A stretch of DNA of 61,788 nucleotides, counting the filler, from Rhabdomonas costata (taxonomy: Eukaryota): assembly GCA_019059605.1 (NCBI GenBank). It is 24 parts of 24 records of this genome, joined end to end, with 100 filler letters (N's around TTAATTAATTAA, not from the genome) between each part and the next. Parts side by side here need not be neighbours in the genome. Positions count along the whole stretch, not along the records: positions 1 to 2,480 come from JAHMHO010003213.1; positions 2,581 to 5,060 come from JAHMHO010003214.1; positions 5,161 to 7,640 come from JAHMHO010003215.1; positions 7,741 to 10,221 come from JAHMHO010003216.1; positions 10,322 to 12,796 come from JAHMHO010003217.1; 19 more parts are not named here. The stretch is one strand, 5' to 3'. Positions 1-12,796 of the stretch are shown here, piece by piece. Each line of letters begins with the position of its first letter. Position 1 is the first letter of the stretch. The notes under the pieces are model-generated. The model was given only the letters and a program-made list of their open reading frames with translations, made no database searches and was not told the origin of the DNA. The position numbers and the translations under genes are program-made.

Positions 1-288
1 GTGGGGGGTGTGTGTTTGGGTGTGTTGGTAGCACCCCGACCTCACCTACTCTGCTGAGTGCTACTTGCTTGCTTTGGACCTTTGGGGTGACTTGCTTGTT
101 CGTATCGTGATCCTTCTGAGTGTTCAGGTTCAATTATCTCCGAACCTTCAACTGTTTTCACGGATGTTTCGGTAGTGAAGGGAGCTGTCGTGTTTGGATG
201 CATCTTCACCCAAACCATCTCAGGGCCCGCACCCACGCATCCGAACATCTACACATCCACTGACACGCTATGGCTTTCTCATTCACAG

Positions 289-2460
289 GGTGGGCCTTCC
301 TCTGAAGCCCCGGCTGGGCCCACCCGGGCCTTCTGGACGATCCAGTTCTGGCAGCAGTTCTTCAACGTGGACACGGATGACGTCCTCCGGAGGATCTTCT
401 GCGCCCTGCTGCCGTGGAGGGTACCTGCCTACCTCTCTGTCAAGAAGTACAGCTACAGCGCCTTCCACGGTACTGTGCCCCTCCCTCTGCTTCTTTCTGT
501 GTATGAGATGTCAACCCACCTTTTGACCTCGCCCAGTGTTGTGCCTTCTTTCTTTGTCATACCCCAGATACCAGTCTCAGGTGGGGAGTGTGAATCGGAC
601 CCAATTTTCCCACCACCGATTTGTGCGGAACAATGCCGCTCAGAAGCCCAGAGTCTCACCGGTTTTTGCGATTCTTTGACTCGGCTAATGCATTAATGAG
701 CGTCGTCAGTAACTGGCCCATTTTTCCTGCGCGATGTCGCGGGTTCTCGAATTTTACGGCATCGGCTACCCATTCGATTGGCGGTGGGTTGTTTCCTCAG
801 ATGGAGCAGCCTCAGCGAGCCAGCCCTCGCAAGGAAACATGGAAGCCGACCTGTATGTCCTCGTCCCTCTTTCCCTGTTGTTCCTCCGTTCGTTTCGAGG
901 TTTCTCTGCAGCAACCCTGAGAACTTATCGCCATTCTTTGTGCACATCGATCTTTATTTAGCTCACCTGATTTTACACCATTGAATGAGTCACTTAATTT
1001 CCGTGGGTGCTGGGAGAAGGCTTATGTGGCGACTTTTGCGCGACCACCGTTAATTGCAGTAGTGGACATTCTATTTGGCGAATGCAGGAGAGTATAATCT
1101 AAATTTGAACAGCTTCGATGTAAAACCGCTGCACATCCGATTTTTCTCGCAAAAGTTATAATTTGGCTTGTAAAAAAGCACTTGTAATATACTGTGGGCA
1201 CAGTTCTGGCAATTTGGAATGCCAATAAACCCGGTTGGCGGCGTTTCCGGAACGCGCCTTATCTTCGAAGAAAGAGTCATTTTTGACATTTGACTTTTCT
1301 CCCCCAAAAAAATTATACTTAAGAAAAAATGTGCCCTGATTTTTTGTACGTCATGAATGAATTCCTTTCTTCCCTGGTGTAGTCTTGATACCTTGGGGTT
1401 TGGGTTCGTTACACAGGGTGCAATTCTACGTGTGGGCTTGGAAACATAAACCAGTTTCCTGGAGACGGATTCTCAGCGTTGCCCTTCTCTCCTCCTGTTT
1501 GTCATCGTTAGGTATGGGCCGCTGTGGATCTGCGCCACCCTTTGGGTTGTACTCGCTGTGGTGGCCCACTCCACGCAAGCCCTCAACTGCGCGCGCAACT
1601 CCACCCTCTCGGAGTGCAGCTCCAGCTGGTTCACCCCCGTGGCCATTGGTCTGCCCTTCCTCTGTGGACAGGAGATTCGGCGTTTGCTGCAGGAGTGAGG
1701 AGAGCAAAGTTAAGGCAAAACCCTTCCAGCCTCTGTTATTGGTCTAACCTCGGTGGGTGGTTTGAAGAAGAAGCTGCTCTCTAGTCCTTTGCTGTTGTGA
1801 ACGGAATGAAGATCTGTTGGCTGCAATTGACAAAACACAAATAAAAAGGGGCTTAAAATGGAATCTGTACCTCGTTACCCCCTTCCCCAGCCGGTCAATG
1901 TTGGGCCCCAAATAGTGCAGGGCCGGAGGGACATACACCGGTGGGTCTCGCTGTAGTGATATTTTCCGAACCATTGACCACACGGGGGACAGGGGGGTCG
2001 AGTTTATAACAGAAAGTCACTTAAAATGGCCCACAAACGCTTTAAAACAATTTAATTTAAGCAATTTAATTTCTTTAAAGCAATAATGGGCAAAACCAGA
2101 GGAAATGGGCCAAAAATGGGCCAAAAACGAGCCTAAATATGGCCCAAGATGCCATTGTTGGTGGAAGTGGAGTATTTTCGAACCGCTTTATGGTAACCTA
2201 TCAATATCGGGAGGAAACACGACCTGACGAGCCTTTGCAAGCGAGAGGGTGAATTATTGCCCATATTTTGCACAATGATGGTAGTATATTGAGTTTTGTC
2301 AATTTTTTCCGCCCTCGCAGCGTGCGGGGTGATCTTCGGCTATCAGCTGATCGTGCCCTTCGGCCTGTGGCTAGTGATGAAGTGGAAGGAGCTCCCCGTC
2401 TCCCTGGTGGACACCCTGTGCCTGTACGGATACTCGCTGTTCGTCTTCATCCCCACCGCG
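289..2460 (+). CDS. Yip1-domain Golgi protein (YIPF1/YIPF2-like), partial, 4 exons: 289-469, 801-852, 1512-1648, 2321-2460
   Basis: Phase-compatible GT-AG splicing gives FWTIQFWQQFFNVDTDDVLRRI...EADLYGPLWICATLW...IFGYQLIVPFGLWLVMKW...DTLCLYGYSLFVFIPTA, matching YIPF1-type motifs (FFDVDT, DLYGPFW, YGYSLF). Confidence 0.92.
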
Positions 2461-2480
2461 GTGCCCCCTTAACCCAACCC

Positions 2481-2580
2481 NNNNNNNNNNNNNNNNNNNN
2501 NNNNNNNNNNNNNNNNNNNNNNNNTTAATTAATTAANNNNNNNNNNNNNNNNNNNNNNNNNNNNNNNNNNNNNNNNNNNN
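2481..2580. other. Artificial contig spacer (first of 23), N44-TTAATTAATTAA-N44
   Basis: An identical 100-nt spacer with stops in all six frames recurs about every 2.58 kb (e.g. 5061-5160, 7641-7740, 59212-59311). Genes are cut at the spacers. Confidence 0.98.
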
Positions 2581-5407
2581 TTGTGTGTGGTCATTTCCAC
2601 GATTCTCGCAATGATTCCCTTTTCACTTTCCCCGCAAATATCCCTCAGTTTCAGCTGCCCGCCCCCAAGAAAAAGACAATCATTGCGAGAATCGTGGAAA
2701 TGATCACACGCACACAGACACGTATTCTGGAAGTGCTATGTATCAGGTATTGGTCCGCCCGTTGGTCCACTCTCTCGTATGCTCTCATTACTGGGCTTTC
2801 ACAGGTAATAAGGGTGGCTGTCGCAAAAGACCCGCCCGTTGTCGCCACGGTATCGTGGGACGGCACCGCTCGTGAGTTGCGTCCTTTCAGCGCTGAGGAG
2901 TTACAGTGATATCAGTTAGTTGGGAAAACAGCAGTTTCCTAGCGGAACCAGAAGTTTCCGACAAAGCTCCCTTTGAAGAGTTTTTTTGGGAGGGTCATTA
3001 TTCATTATAACCCCTCTTCCCCGTAGGGGCACACCTTCTCACGCCGCAGCACAACATTGTCTCGTGGAGGGAAGGGAGCGACGTGATTCGTCTGGATGAG
3101 TGTTTTTGGTTAGCACGTAAAAAAAAATACTTCTGGCTCGGGCCTCGCGCACAGCTGGGGTTTATGCGGACGAGTGGGACTGCATTAGTTTCGGTGCAAG
3201 GCTTCTGCACCTTTGCCTCAGTGGAGATGGAAGTGGCTCTCCTGGCATTAAGTGGGTTGGCGCCCGGTCTCTTGTCACTACGATTTGAGGATTGACCTGC
3301 GGCAGGTGCAAATCGTGTGTGGATCAAGCCGTCATTACCCGTTTGAGGAGAACTTGCGACACTTCTTCTTTGCGGGGGACCCCTCGTACGTTATTGGTGT
3401 TGGACCCCTCGTTATCAACGAGTGCCTTAGAGCCGTCATTGCCAAATTGACCGGTTTGTCTCTGCGGGTTCGACTTTGCTCCAACCTCGCAGGTTGGGTT
3501 GGGGTATGGCGGTTCTGGTAGGTTTCTTCCTCTGAGGTATATTCCTTGAGGGAGCTCCCGTCACAGGCGCTGAGGTCGGGCACGGAGAGCATCAGCCCTA
3601 GCTGGTGTTGATGGGTCCCCTGTAGCCGAAAAGAACTCGCGTTTTCGACCGCAGGATCCGTCTGCTGCAAGGGGTCCGTCGGAGCCGTTGAAGGTGCCGG
3701 ACTCTGGACCCAGGCAACAGCGTTGACCATGCCTGGGAACGATAGCGGGCTTGCGCTTGTCACTGTGGGGGTTTGGGCTGTGCTTCGCCGCCGGCGTGAT
3801 GGGCAGGAAGGGCAGTACCAAGCGGGCAATGCCTCCTCCATCATGACACATCATTGCCTGCTCTGTTGTTTTTTTCGTCTGCAGCCCGTGTGGAACGGTG
3901 CGCCACCCTCAGCGTCACCGGCGTCAACGGCGTCACCCACATTCCCAGATCATCTGTGTGCTCAAAAGGCCTCCTTTGTTTTTCTGTCTCTACTTTTGTA
4001 AAGGAAAAAAGAGTTGGAAGAAAAAGAAATGCTCGGGCTTCGCCCTTGAAGAGCCTGTTCCCTCGGCATTCTTCTGCGTTCCTCTCCGAGACCGAGCTGC
4101 AGCCCAAAGGCAGAGTGTTGCTCCTTGACGAGACACCGCAGGGCTGTCTCCCCGCTCTTCCTTTTTTTTTTTCGAGGTGTGCGCTGCTCAGAGGTGAGAG
4201 ATGGTTATGGATGGTCCAAGACCTCCCCCTTGTGTGTGTACTAAGGATGGGTTCTTACGAAGGCTCCGGCTCCCCTTCCCCCTCTCGTTCTATTTTTTTG
4301 TGTCGGGTTGTACTGCGGTTTCTGCATTGCAGCATCAACCGCTTTCCCCCCTCCTTGGGCTCTCTCAGGCAGATTCACGGCCCTGCCTTTTCTTTCCTTT
4401 TCTTTGTGTTCCTGGCTGCAGTCATGTTTGCATTCGTCCTACATCTTTCAGTCTTCTTTCCCCGTCACTTCAGCTCGGCTTCTCCCCCTCCCTCAGTTCC
4501 TACCTCCGCTGTTCTGTGTGTTATCTTTCATCTTGGTGGCGAGGACTCCCTTTGCGTTCAACTGGGGTCTTTTGTTCCCAGAAGATTTGCTTTCAGGTCC
4601 TTTTAGTGGTGTTGAATTGGTGCGATAGGGATTGTGTGTGACCACAGGGTATTTCAGCAGCCAACGCAGACTCCGAAGTTTTGGGGATAGCTTTTCACAG
4701 CCGTTTTTTTTCCAAGACAAGGCGAACTTACCAAGCCACTCTGAAGGGAGATCTGACTTCATACAGTTCTCATTTTGTTGTTCCCGCAACGAACCCGCAT
4801 TTTCTCCATCCTGTGCTTGTTTGTCCGCCCACGTCTTTCCTTTTAAGCTCACCTTTGGTTCGGAATTTTGGTCCCGGCTCAACACTTGCCTGCCCCTTTC
4901 CTCTCCTCTCCTTTGTTTTCTTTTCTCTCCTTTCGCGCTCACCCGCTTCCCGTCCTTTCCGGAATCTGCCCAAGGCTTTGGAGGAGGAGTCCAAAGAACT
5001 TCTTTTGGGTTGCGAGGAGAGGAAAGGGGCAGGCAAGTGTTGAGCCGGGACCAAAACCCCNNNNNNNNNNNNNNNNNNNNNNNNNNNNNNNNNNNNNNNN
5101 NNNNTTAATTAATTAANNNNNNNNNNNNNNNNNNNNNNNNNNNNNNNNNNNNNNNNNNNNATTGCGTGAAGAAGTGCCGCTGCGCCTTCCCTGCCATGGA
5201 AGACGTGCATATGCGGCGCTGAGACATATGTGCCCAAATCCGCACAGGTATTTCACCCACACCACCCCTCACCCGCACCACCCCTGTCTGGTACGGAGAT
5301 GAACATTTGGGAAGAGCACGCTGTGAAATGCCGTGATGGTCACCACTTCTATTCTATCCGTTCACATTTGTGTGGTGTGTGTGGGGTTTTTTTCTGTTTG
5401 GTCTCAG

Positions 5408-5508
5408 GCGCTTCCGCTCCGGGCAGAGCCCCTCTGGACATTAGCCTGCAGGAACGCCCCCGTGGTTGCCACCATGGATGGCATCGGCCTGCAGTTTATC
5501 CTTCAACC
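5408..5508 (+). CDS. Probable internal exon of an unknown protein (ALPLRAEPLWTLACRNAPVVATMDGIGLQFILQ)
   Basis: Pyrimidine-rich tctcag acceptor, GT donor, GC-rich open frame. No family recognised. Confidence 0.3.
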
Positions 5509-7782
5509 GTGAACCTATGTATATGCACGCAGTGAATCTATGGTGCAAGCCCCCGCCCCCCGTCTGTCTCTCCTCGTGTACACAGGAGCACTTGGGCGGA
5601 GGGCAAATCTCTCTCTTGTACACGCAAATGATCCCCACTTGTGGGAATAAGAGCTTTCAGGCGCTGCGTGTTCTGCAGTTCGCTTCTTGCTTCCGATATG
5701 CTTTTTGACTACTGGCCTGCCCCCTGCCCCTACCCAGGTCTTGATACGACGAGGACTGATACAATGAATCCATAAAACTTGCATTTCCACATATTCCACA
5801 CGCAGGAATAGTCCCTCTACACACACGTTGAATGTGCGGTGAAGAAGCGCTCTTTAATGTCTTCACGTGAGCCTTCTACTGTGGTCATACCGGAGAGTTG
5901 GCTCACGTTGCCTTTGCCCCTGAGTTCAACCGCTTTTTCTCTTTCCTTTTTGTCTTGTCCGCAGTGCTGCGTTCCACGCTGTACCTTATACGTTGGTTTC
6001 TTATGCATTCATTTCTGGTTTTTTGTCCCTGTTTTTGAAATGTCTGCACCAACAGCATCTGCAAAAGTGGACTTCTTTGTGCACTGCTGCCGTCCTTGCC
6101 GTTGATTGGTTTCATTGTGATTGTGTGGTTGTGTCTGTTTCTTCTGGTTTTGAGCGACAAGGGGTGTCCTGTTGGATCTCACTTTAATTTGCTGTCTTTT
6201 TTTGGTGGGTAAACCACAACAGTGCAAAATGACCGTCTACAATGGGTAAGTTTGTTGAACAAAAAACGCGAGAAACAGCGGAATGCGTCCCGGGTGACCG
6301 GGTCCAGCCACAAGCCGCCTTGCCCGCACAGCTCTAAAGCCGATTTCCACTAAAGCCGATAACCAGATTGCCGAACAGTGGTGCTGCATGGTGGTTTAAA
6401 GGCTTCTTGGCTGATGTAGCCGGGGTATAACTTTGGCCGAAGGGCAACGTCTTATTCTGCCAGGCCTTCCAAGTCGCATTGTGTAACTGAAAAAAGCACG
6501 GGGTCAATGGTGCCAAACTTTACGAGAAGCGCCAGAAAAATAGCAAAACTCGTGGATCAAGCGCATCTTCTGTTTCGTCCTGCCATCATGCACATTCCGT
6601 TTTCTTGCGCCTGGCGCAGGGCTACATGACACACGCAGGCGCATAGCACACAAAGTGTGCAAAACGTTAAAATGGCAAAATGGGCTCGCGGTCACAAAAA
6701 AAGCGGGTGCAACCCGCAAAAAACCCGCCCCCATCGTGCATAACATACACCCTCGCTGCTTTTCGGCTGTGAGCTGACCATTCGTGTCATTGGTTGGATT
6801 TTTTCTCGCCCCAGGTAGAAGCGGTAGTGTTCGGGAAAAGACAATAAACAGTTCCCCCACAAACAGCCAGTTTTTTTACAGTCCAGTGCTGTGTTGGGCG
6901 CCCCTCGCACTGCCGTTCGTTCAAGGAATCGGTAAAAACGCACAGCAGACGAGATTCAGAGACGTCTCTCTCTCTCATGTGGTCTTCTTCCCGTGCTTTT
7001 TCGTAGTGGTCTTTGGTCTTTTCTCGCTTCCCACGCCCTGGGTCGAGACTTGCGGCTTTCCCCGTTACCCGCGCCACGCACCCCCTTTTTATTCCCAGCA
7101 TTTTGCCTCCAGCAGCTTCCTTTGGACGCTGGCGTTTCCTACATATGGCCGCGGGCAAATTAGAAATTTTCGGTGGTGAAAACATGGTCGGAGCGGCGGA
7201 ACGGCTTATCCGACGAGGATCTCCTTGAATGGCGGCCAAAAGATCCCCATTGCGAGAATATGGGGAATATAAAAAATATGGGGACGAAGAATATAAGAAT
7301 ATAAGAAAATGGGGACGATAAGCCCTTGCTTCCAACACACAGCATCGAAATCCGCAGCCATGTGCGTGCGCGCACCATAACACGCGAACAAGCCGGGGCA
7401 CTACCAAAGACCTACCCGCTGCAGGGATTTCCGTCCAGAATCCGACAACAACCAAGTAATCAACCCGCCGCCCTTGTGGTCACGCGTGTGTTATAGATAT
7501 AAGAAAACCCATTTTCCTTTGGCTTTGACCCGCGGTTGCCCTTCCACCCATTCGGACCCGGCAAGGCCTTGAAGCGAAGAAGTCAAAGACAATAAAACGT
7601 GTAACCACCAAACGTAGGCACGGAGTACCACCAACCCACCNNNNNNNNNNNNNNNNNNNNNNNNNNNNNNNNNNNNNNNNNNNNTTAATTAATTAANNNN
7701 NNNNNNNNNNNNNNNNNNNNNNNNNNNNNNNNNNNNNNNNGGGTTGGTTTCAATTCCCTTTATTTCCTCCATCGCAGGCAGC

Positions 7783-10110
7783 TTTTTCTGCCTTCTCGGC
7801 CTTCAGCCTTTCCTCTTCCTGGCGACGCTTCTTGGCTTCTTCCTCGCGGGCGGCGGCGGCGGCGGCGGCGGCTGCCTGCGATGGAGGAAATAAAGGGAAT
7901 TGAAACCAACTCTGCGTCAGGAGAAAAGATTTGGCGCTTGCAAAAAAACTGGGTTGAAAAAGTCGGAACCGCAGCTTTTGCAAGCTTCTCAGAAGCATCC
8001 TCCTCGGACTCTTTAGAGACTGCAGCCTCCTCCTCGGTTTCGTCCTTCTTCTTCTTCTTCTTCTTTCTTTTCCGCTCCTCTTCCCCTGCAAGCGCAGCAA
8101 GTACAAGAAAGGAAGGAATGGCAAGTTCGACGGCGAACAGCAACCAACGATTCAAGAGAGAAATGTCACCTTCTTCGTTTTCCCTGGTTTTATTGGCAGG
8201 CGTGTCTGAGGATTGCGTCGACTGGGCAGGTGCCGGAGGAGCTGGTGGCGGACGAAGGAAGGGCTCGTAGTCCACCTTCGTTCCTGTCAGCTTTTCGTAA
8301 AATTGCCTTGCTTGAAGGTTGCCTGGGTTATCTCTCAAAAGGCATTCCAGATCTGCACAAAAAGTTGCAGAAGGAAAATATAGCAAAGAATAAGACCAGC
8401 ACTGCAAAATTAGAAAGTGGAAAATGGAGCACCCTGTATTGCAAGTTCTTTCTTATCCAAACATTCATATGCTTGAGCCTGTGAACAGCAACAAAGCATG
8501 TGCAGGTCGCTCTCAATGCAATCCCAAGGAAAGCGGCCTTTTTCTTTCTGACAACGGTTTGGCACACAAAAAGAACAAAAAGCACTTCGTTCAAAACGCA
8601 CTTCGTTCAACGCAAGAAAGCAAAAATGTGAATCAAAAGAAGTTATGTCGTTGGCGGGGTGTTTAGGGATGCAAGTGAAGAGGCAAGCATACCCGTCTGT
8701 ACAAAGCCTTGAAGAACTTCGGATTATGAAGAAGTGCGCTTCCACAATCGTCCACAGCCTCGGCGTACAATTCCTGGAACGAAAATGTTTGCTGGGAAGG
8801 TGCATGCGTTTGCACAGGAATTTCGCTTTCTGTGAAAATTGCCGCGCATGAAAAAACCGAAACCAAAAACACTCACCAACTGGTTGTAACAGGCCGCTCT
8901 GTTGCTGTAGTACAAATATTTGTTGTCATCTCCGGGCGGAGAAGCATCGACCGCCATGGTGTACTTCTCCAGCGCCTCTTTCCACTGCTGCTCCCGATAA
9001 AAGTTGTTGCCCTCTTCTTTTAGCCTGTTCGCACGTTGGAGGGCCGCCTGGAAAGAAGAGAAGAACAACGCTCATCAACACAAGTGCACATCTATAATAT
9101 ACTGTGTTGCTGTGCTACGTAGTACTTTTTTTTTTTTGCAATTTGCCTGTTGAGGCTGGGGCCTTTGTTGTTTGCGGTTCCTCAGAAAGCAAAGGTGAAT
9201 GTTCAACAACCCACGTGCAGTATGGACCTGTGCATTGGTGTGACGTTTGCAACCTCGTCAGCCCTCCCTCCTTCCTGTGTGGTGTTTATGCAGTCAACAT
9301 ATCCACCAAGCTGAAAAGGGCTAAGCCGAAGCAGGCCTGGGGTCAACATATGTCAACCAGAGACGTGCCTTTCTTTCAGCGTGACATTGTGGCGTTTTTC
9401 ACCCAACTGGTTTGGGGAAGCTTCTTGGGAGGTGTGAAAGCCGTCTAGCGAAGGAAATCTGTTTTCTTCACTTGATGGTTTGTTTTATGCGAATTTTCAT
9501 GTTGTTTTGTTTGCCTTGCGGGTTTGTGGCATGGGCAGCAGCTTCTCAGCCAACCTCATTGCAAGTGAAAAAGGCCGGATACCTGGAAGTTATCCGTCTC
9601 CTTGGTCAGCTCGCGCACAACCTCCACAGTCGCCGGCTGGTCATGCTGCTGTTCTTTGTGACGGCCGACAATAGCAAGGCGCTTGAGCAACATGTGTGCC
9701 ACAGTCCACATGAACATTGAGAGGGAGTACGCAGTCTTTGCATCCGCGTTTTCAATGATGATTAGCCGACGAAGCTTCTTTTTGGGATCCTTCTTCTTTC
9801 CTTTGTCTTGCTCTTGCTGCTTTGCGCGGGCTTGGACGTCTGCTTTCGAAGCAGTGTCCTTGTAATCAGCAAACGAGAGGACCTCTTCGTCAATTTCCTC
9901 GGCGTAGCAGCCACAGTGCATGGGAGCTTCAATCCCCTTGAGAGGAGAGTTCTGAATAGCACTCAAACTCTCGTTGTCCAAAGGAGCCCCAACAGCACAC
10001 TGACTGTTGTAGAAAGTCTCGCACACATGCCGCAAGGTTGCCTCGAACCGAAGAGCTGTCGTCTTCTGCTCAATGCATGTGACAAACACCATCCTGACTT
10101 CGTTAACAGC
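7783..10110 (-). CDS. TPR (Hsp70/Hsp90 clamp-type) domain protein, partial multi-exon; exons include 9583-10110, 8877-9047 and short downstream exons
   Basis: Spliced ANRLKEEGNNFYREQQWKEALEKYTMAV...YYSNRAACYNQL|ELYAEAVDDCGSALLHNPKFFKALYRR|AQAYECL...|DLECLL is a classic 3-TPR clamp followed by Lys/Glu-rich coil. The upstream 528-nt exon is phase-compatible, but its linkage is inferred. Confidence 0.88.
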
Positions 10111-10759
10111 CTGAGACAAAAACCAATATTATTTCCAAGAATAAAAAAATTGCCGAATAATAAATCTTTCGACCTGAAAAAGTGGTGCGAAAAGAAAAGC
10201 TGAACCTGTTCCAAAACCACANNNNNNNNNNNNNNNNNNNNNNNNNNNNNNNNNNNNNNNNNNNNTTAATTAATTAANNNNNNNNNNNNNNNNNNNNNNN
10301 NNNNNNNNNNNNNNNNNNNNNATCCATCGTGGCAAAAGCCAGTGTGGTTAGATTGTAGATAGCTCGTAGGCGCATAAGTGCGTCCATCTCGTGATTTGCA
10401 TTGGATCCACACAGAGTATGTATGTGAGATTGAGGGTTTGCCACCGCTCAAAAAAGTAAAGCTGCAGATTAAGTGTTTTCGGACAATTGCGGCGCTCAAT
10501 GGGTGTTGCTGTGTTCTTGCTGCTTTGTTAGCGTTCTCAGCTGCTCTGAACGTACAGGAAACCTGTGCTAGACGACGTCCAATGGATCGCACCCAAGATG
10601 TCCATTCTCGGAACTGTCCAAAAGCATGACGTCATACCTGGAGTTGAGAGATCAGAGCCCAAATACAGGCGTATTTCTCCCAGTGAATATGCAGTGGCGT
10701 CACAGTTCAGTTAGTTGGTAGATATGGCCACTTCTTAATACCACTGGAGCATCTCATGA

Positions 10760-11400
10760 GAAATGGGCCATAAAAGGCTCCAGTTACAGCGTCGCCAGGG
10801 GACTTTGAAGCGCCCTCCATGCGGCGAACAAGCAAACAAGACGGTGTGTGAGTGCGCGCACACAGATCACCGCTACCTTGCTTAGCGGTAGCCATTTGTG
10901 TAGACGCGCCGTAGGCCCAGCAACATAATCTCAGGATTGGGCGGTCCATGTGGTTCTGCGACATGATATAGTTTTTATCCACGGAGCAAAAGTTAACACA
11001 CAGGGCATCGGCGCGGGCGATTGCGGACTCCAAGACCTGTAAAACAGAGACCTTGCGGATCTGGAAGGGGTTTAGTTGGCAGCCCGTTGTCATTGAGGAC
11101 GAAAACGGCTTGGTCGGCTCCGATTGCGTTGGCAAGCAACAAGCCGGCCGTAGCCAGGCAGGCCGGTGCAAGCAGGAGCGTTCTCGCCTTGCGTAGATGT
11201 GAGTGCCAACTCCGTGGCATGCCCAGGCCAAAACAGAGAATGGTGGGTTTGGAAGTGGTAGTCTAGGCCCTCTCGGGGTCTATTCGGACTTGAACGCCCG
11301 CATGTTGAACTGTTGGTCCCTAGATGTATCGAACTAATGAGTATGGGTGTGTCGGAGCGGATGGCACCATCCACACCGCCTCCTGACAACATGGTTGGTT
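10760..11400 (-). pseudogene. Possible decayed macrodomain gene
   Basis: PTMLSGGGVDGAIR (11355-11398) matches the macrodomain GGGVDGAIH motif. Weaker downstream echoes (RCPV, LRRVYTNG, TGAFYGP) lie in broken frames with stops. Confidence 0.35.
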
Positions 11401-12689
11401 GGGATCCAGGTTAGATGGAAATACTTTGCGTGGGCCGTCGTGCCATCGCCGGATGGGCTGGGGTAAAACTTATATGAGATACATGGCGGGCAGAAATGAA
11501 CACTCATACAAAATATGCTGCATGTAGGGCCAGGATGGCACCTTACGAAAAGACGAACACTTCTACGGAAACGTCCCGGCGATGTGGCCGTTTTGGCTGC
11601 CCATCATGAATAACTGAGCGGGGTCGGTCTCCCGACCATTGTCCTGGGCTCAGGGCCCGGTTTACTGATACTTACTTCCTTTACAAAATACTTTGCTGAT
11701 TCGTTTGTTGAAACTCCATTTCATTCCCAATCTCTGAACAACCCGTCAGAAGGAAACCAAAAAAACACATGCTCCACGTTCCACTTCGGAATTAGGAAAA
11801 TACGGGAAGAGGGCGTAAAAACTTGGAAATGGAAAGCAAAGGTGCCTGAGAAGAATGAGAAATAATTACAAAAATTAATTGACCTAGGTTTTTGGGTCAA
11901 ATCCTGTAGTTTTGTGTGGATGGGAGTTTTGTTCTAGCAAAAGGGGGCTGCCAATTAGATTCCTTCAGTTTTGGTCTATTGCGATTTTTTCAAAACAAAC
12001 CGGTAGGGTCAAGAGACCAAAAGGTGCGCGTGGGAAAAGCGGTACGAAAGGAAACCAAAACCAGAAAGAAAAGCAAGAAAAAGGCAAAGGGTATTATATC
12101 AGTAGCAACGGTCACGTGGGAATGGCCATAACGTTCATTTGGCCAAAAAAAAAGGGAATTTCGGGCAAAAGTATGTGTTGTGTGAGCAAGTAGTGATCTG
12201 ACATTAGGAAGGCCGTTGCAAAAACAGGTTTCGACCCGAGCCAACTCCAAGAATGAGGTTTGCCCTTGCGCTTGCTGGAGGACAGTGTGCTTTGAAGGAC
12301 CCACTTTTCGGCCGGATTCAGAAATATCGGATTGTGGCAAAATTGGGGGCCAAGGAGATAACCGCGCAGTGCCAACTTGCGGGTTGCTGGCCAATCAATC
12401 GCCAAGAAATGAGCACGCGATTTTTATGTGTCGTCCCCACCACTTTCGCCTGCATGGCCGTATTTTGTTTGTATACAGTTTATTTGAATATAATGCTGAA
12501 TACGACTGAAAGAATGTTGAGGCGGTTTTGGGGGTGAGTTTGCACTTGGTCAAGTCAAAATTGGAAATTTCAAAAAGAATTGGATTTTCCGAATCCTCTT
12601 TTTTCGAAAAAAAAATTTCCAAAGCTGAAAGAAACTTTGCTCTTAAGTCTTGTTCTGGTATTCCGGGCTAATCTTGTTGATCGTATCAG

Positions 12690-12796
12690 ATGCAATCCCA
12701 GAGGTCAGTTGTCCCGAAGTCCGTGCCGCAGCCATGGATCAGTGGTACACAAACTTCATCCGGAACAGGTACCGCATCGACACCTGGGCCACGTCG
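12690..12796 (+). CDS. Exon of unknown protein (…AAAMDQWYTNFIRNRYRIDTWATS), truncated by contig end
   Basis: tcag acceptor and GC3-rich codons. No family recognised. Confidence 0.35.

Noticed and set aside
2481-2580. Regularly spaced TTAATTAATTAA as a repeat or CRISPR-like array
   Set aside because: It is an assembly linker embedded in Ns. No CRISPR array or cas gene was seen anywhere.
3790-3955. PHD-finger-like words (FHTGC…CVMMEEALPAWYCPSC) on the minus strand
   Set aside because: Interrupted by a stop, and the N-terminal Cys pairs are missing; too weak to call.
4866-5056. About 43-bp inverted repeat (possible MITE TIRs)
   Set aside because: The second arm runs to the contig end; same fold-back pattern.
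7743-7910. 40-bp inverted repeat at the TPR contig start
   Set aside because: It copies an intron acceptor region back into a coding exon at the contig edge, which points to a fold-back artefact. The apparent TPR C-terminus (ACDGGNKGN*) is therefore not trusted.
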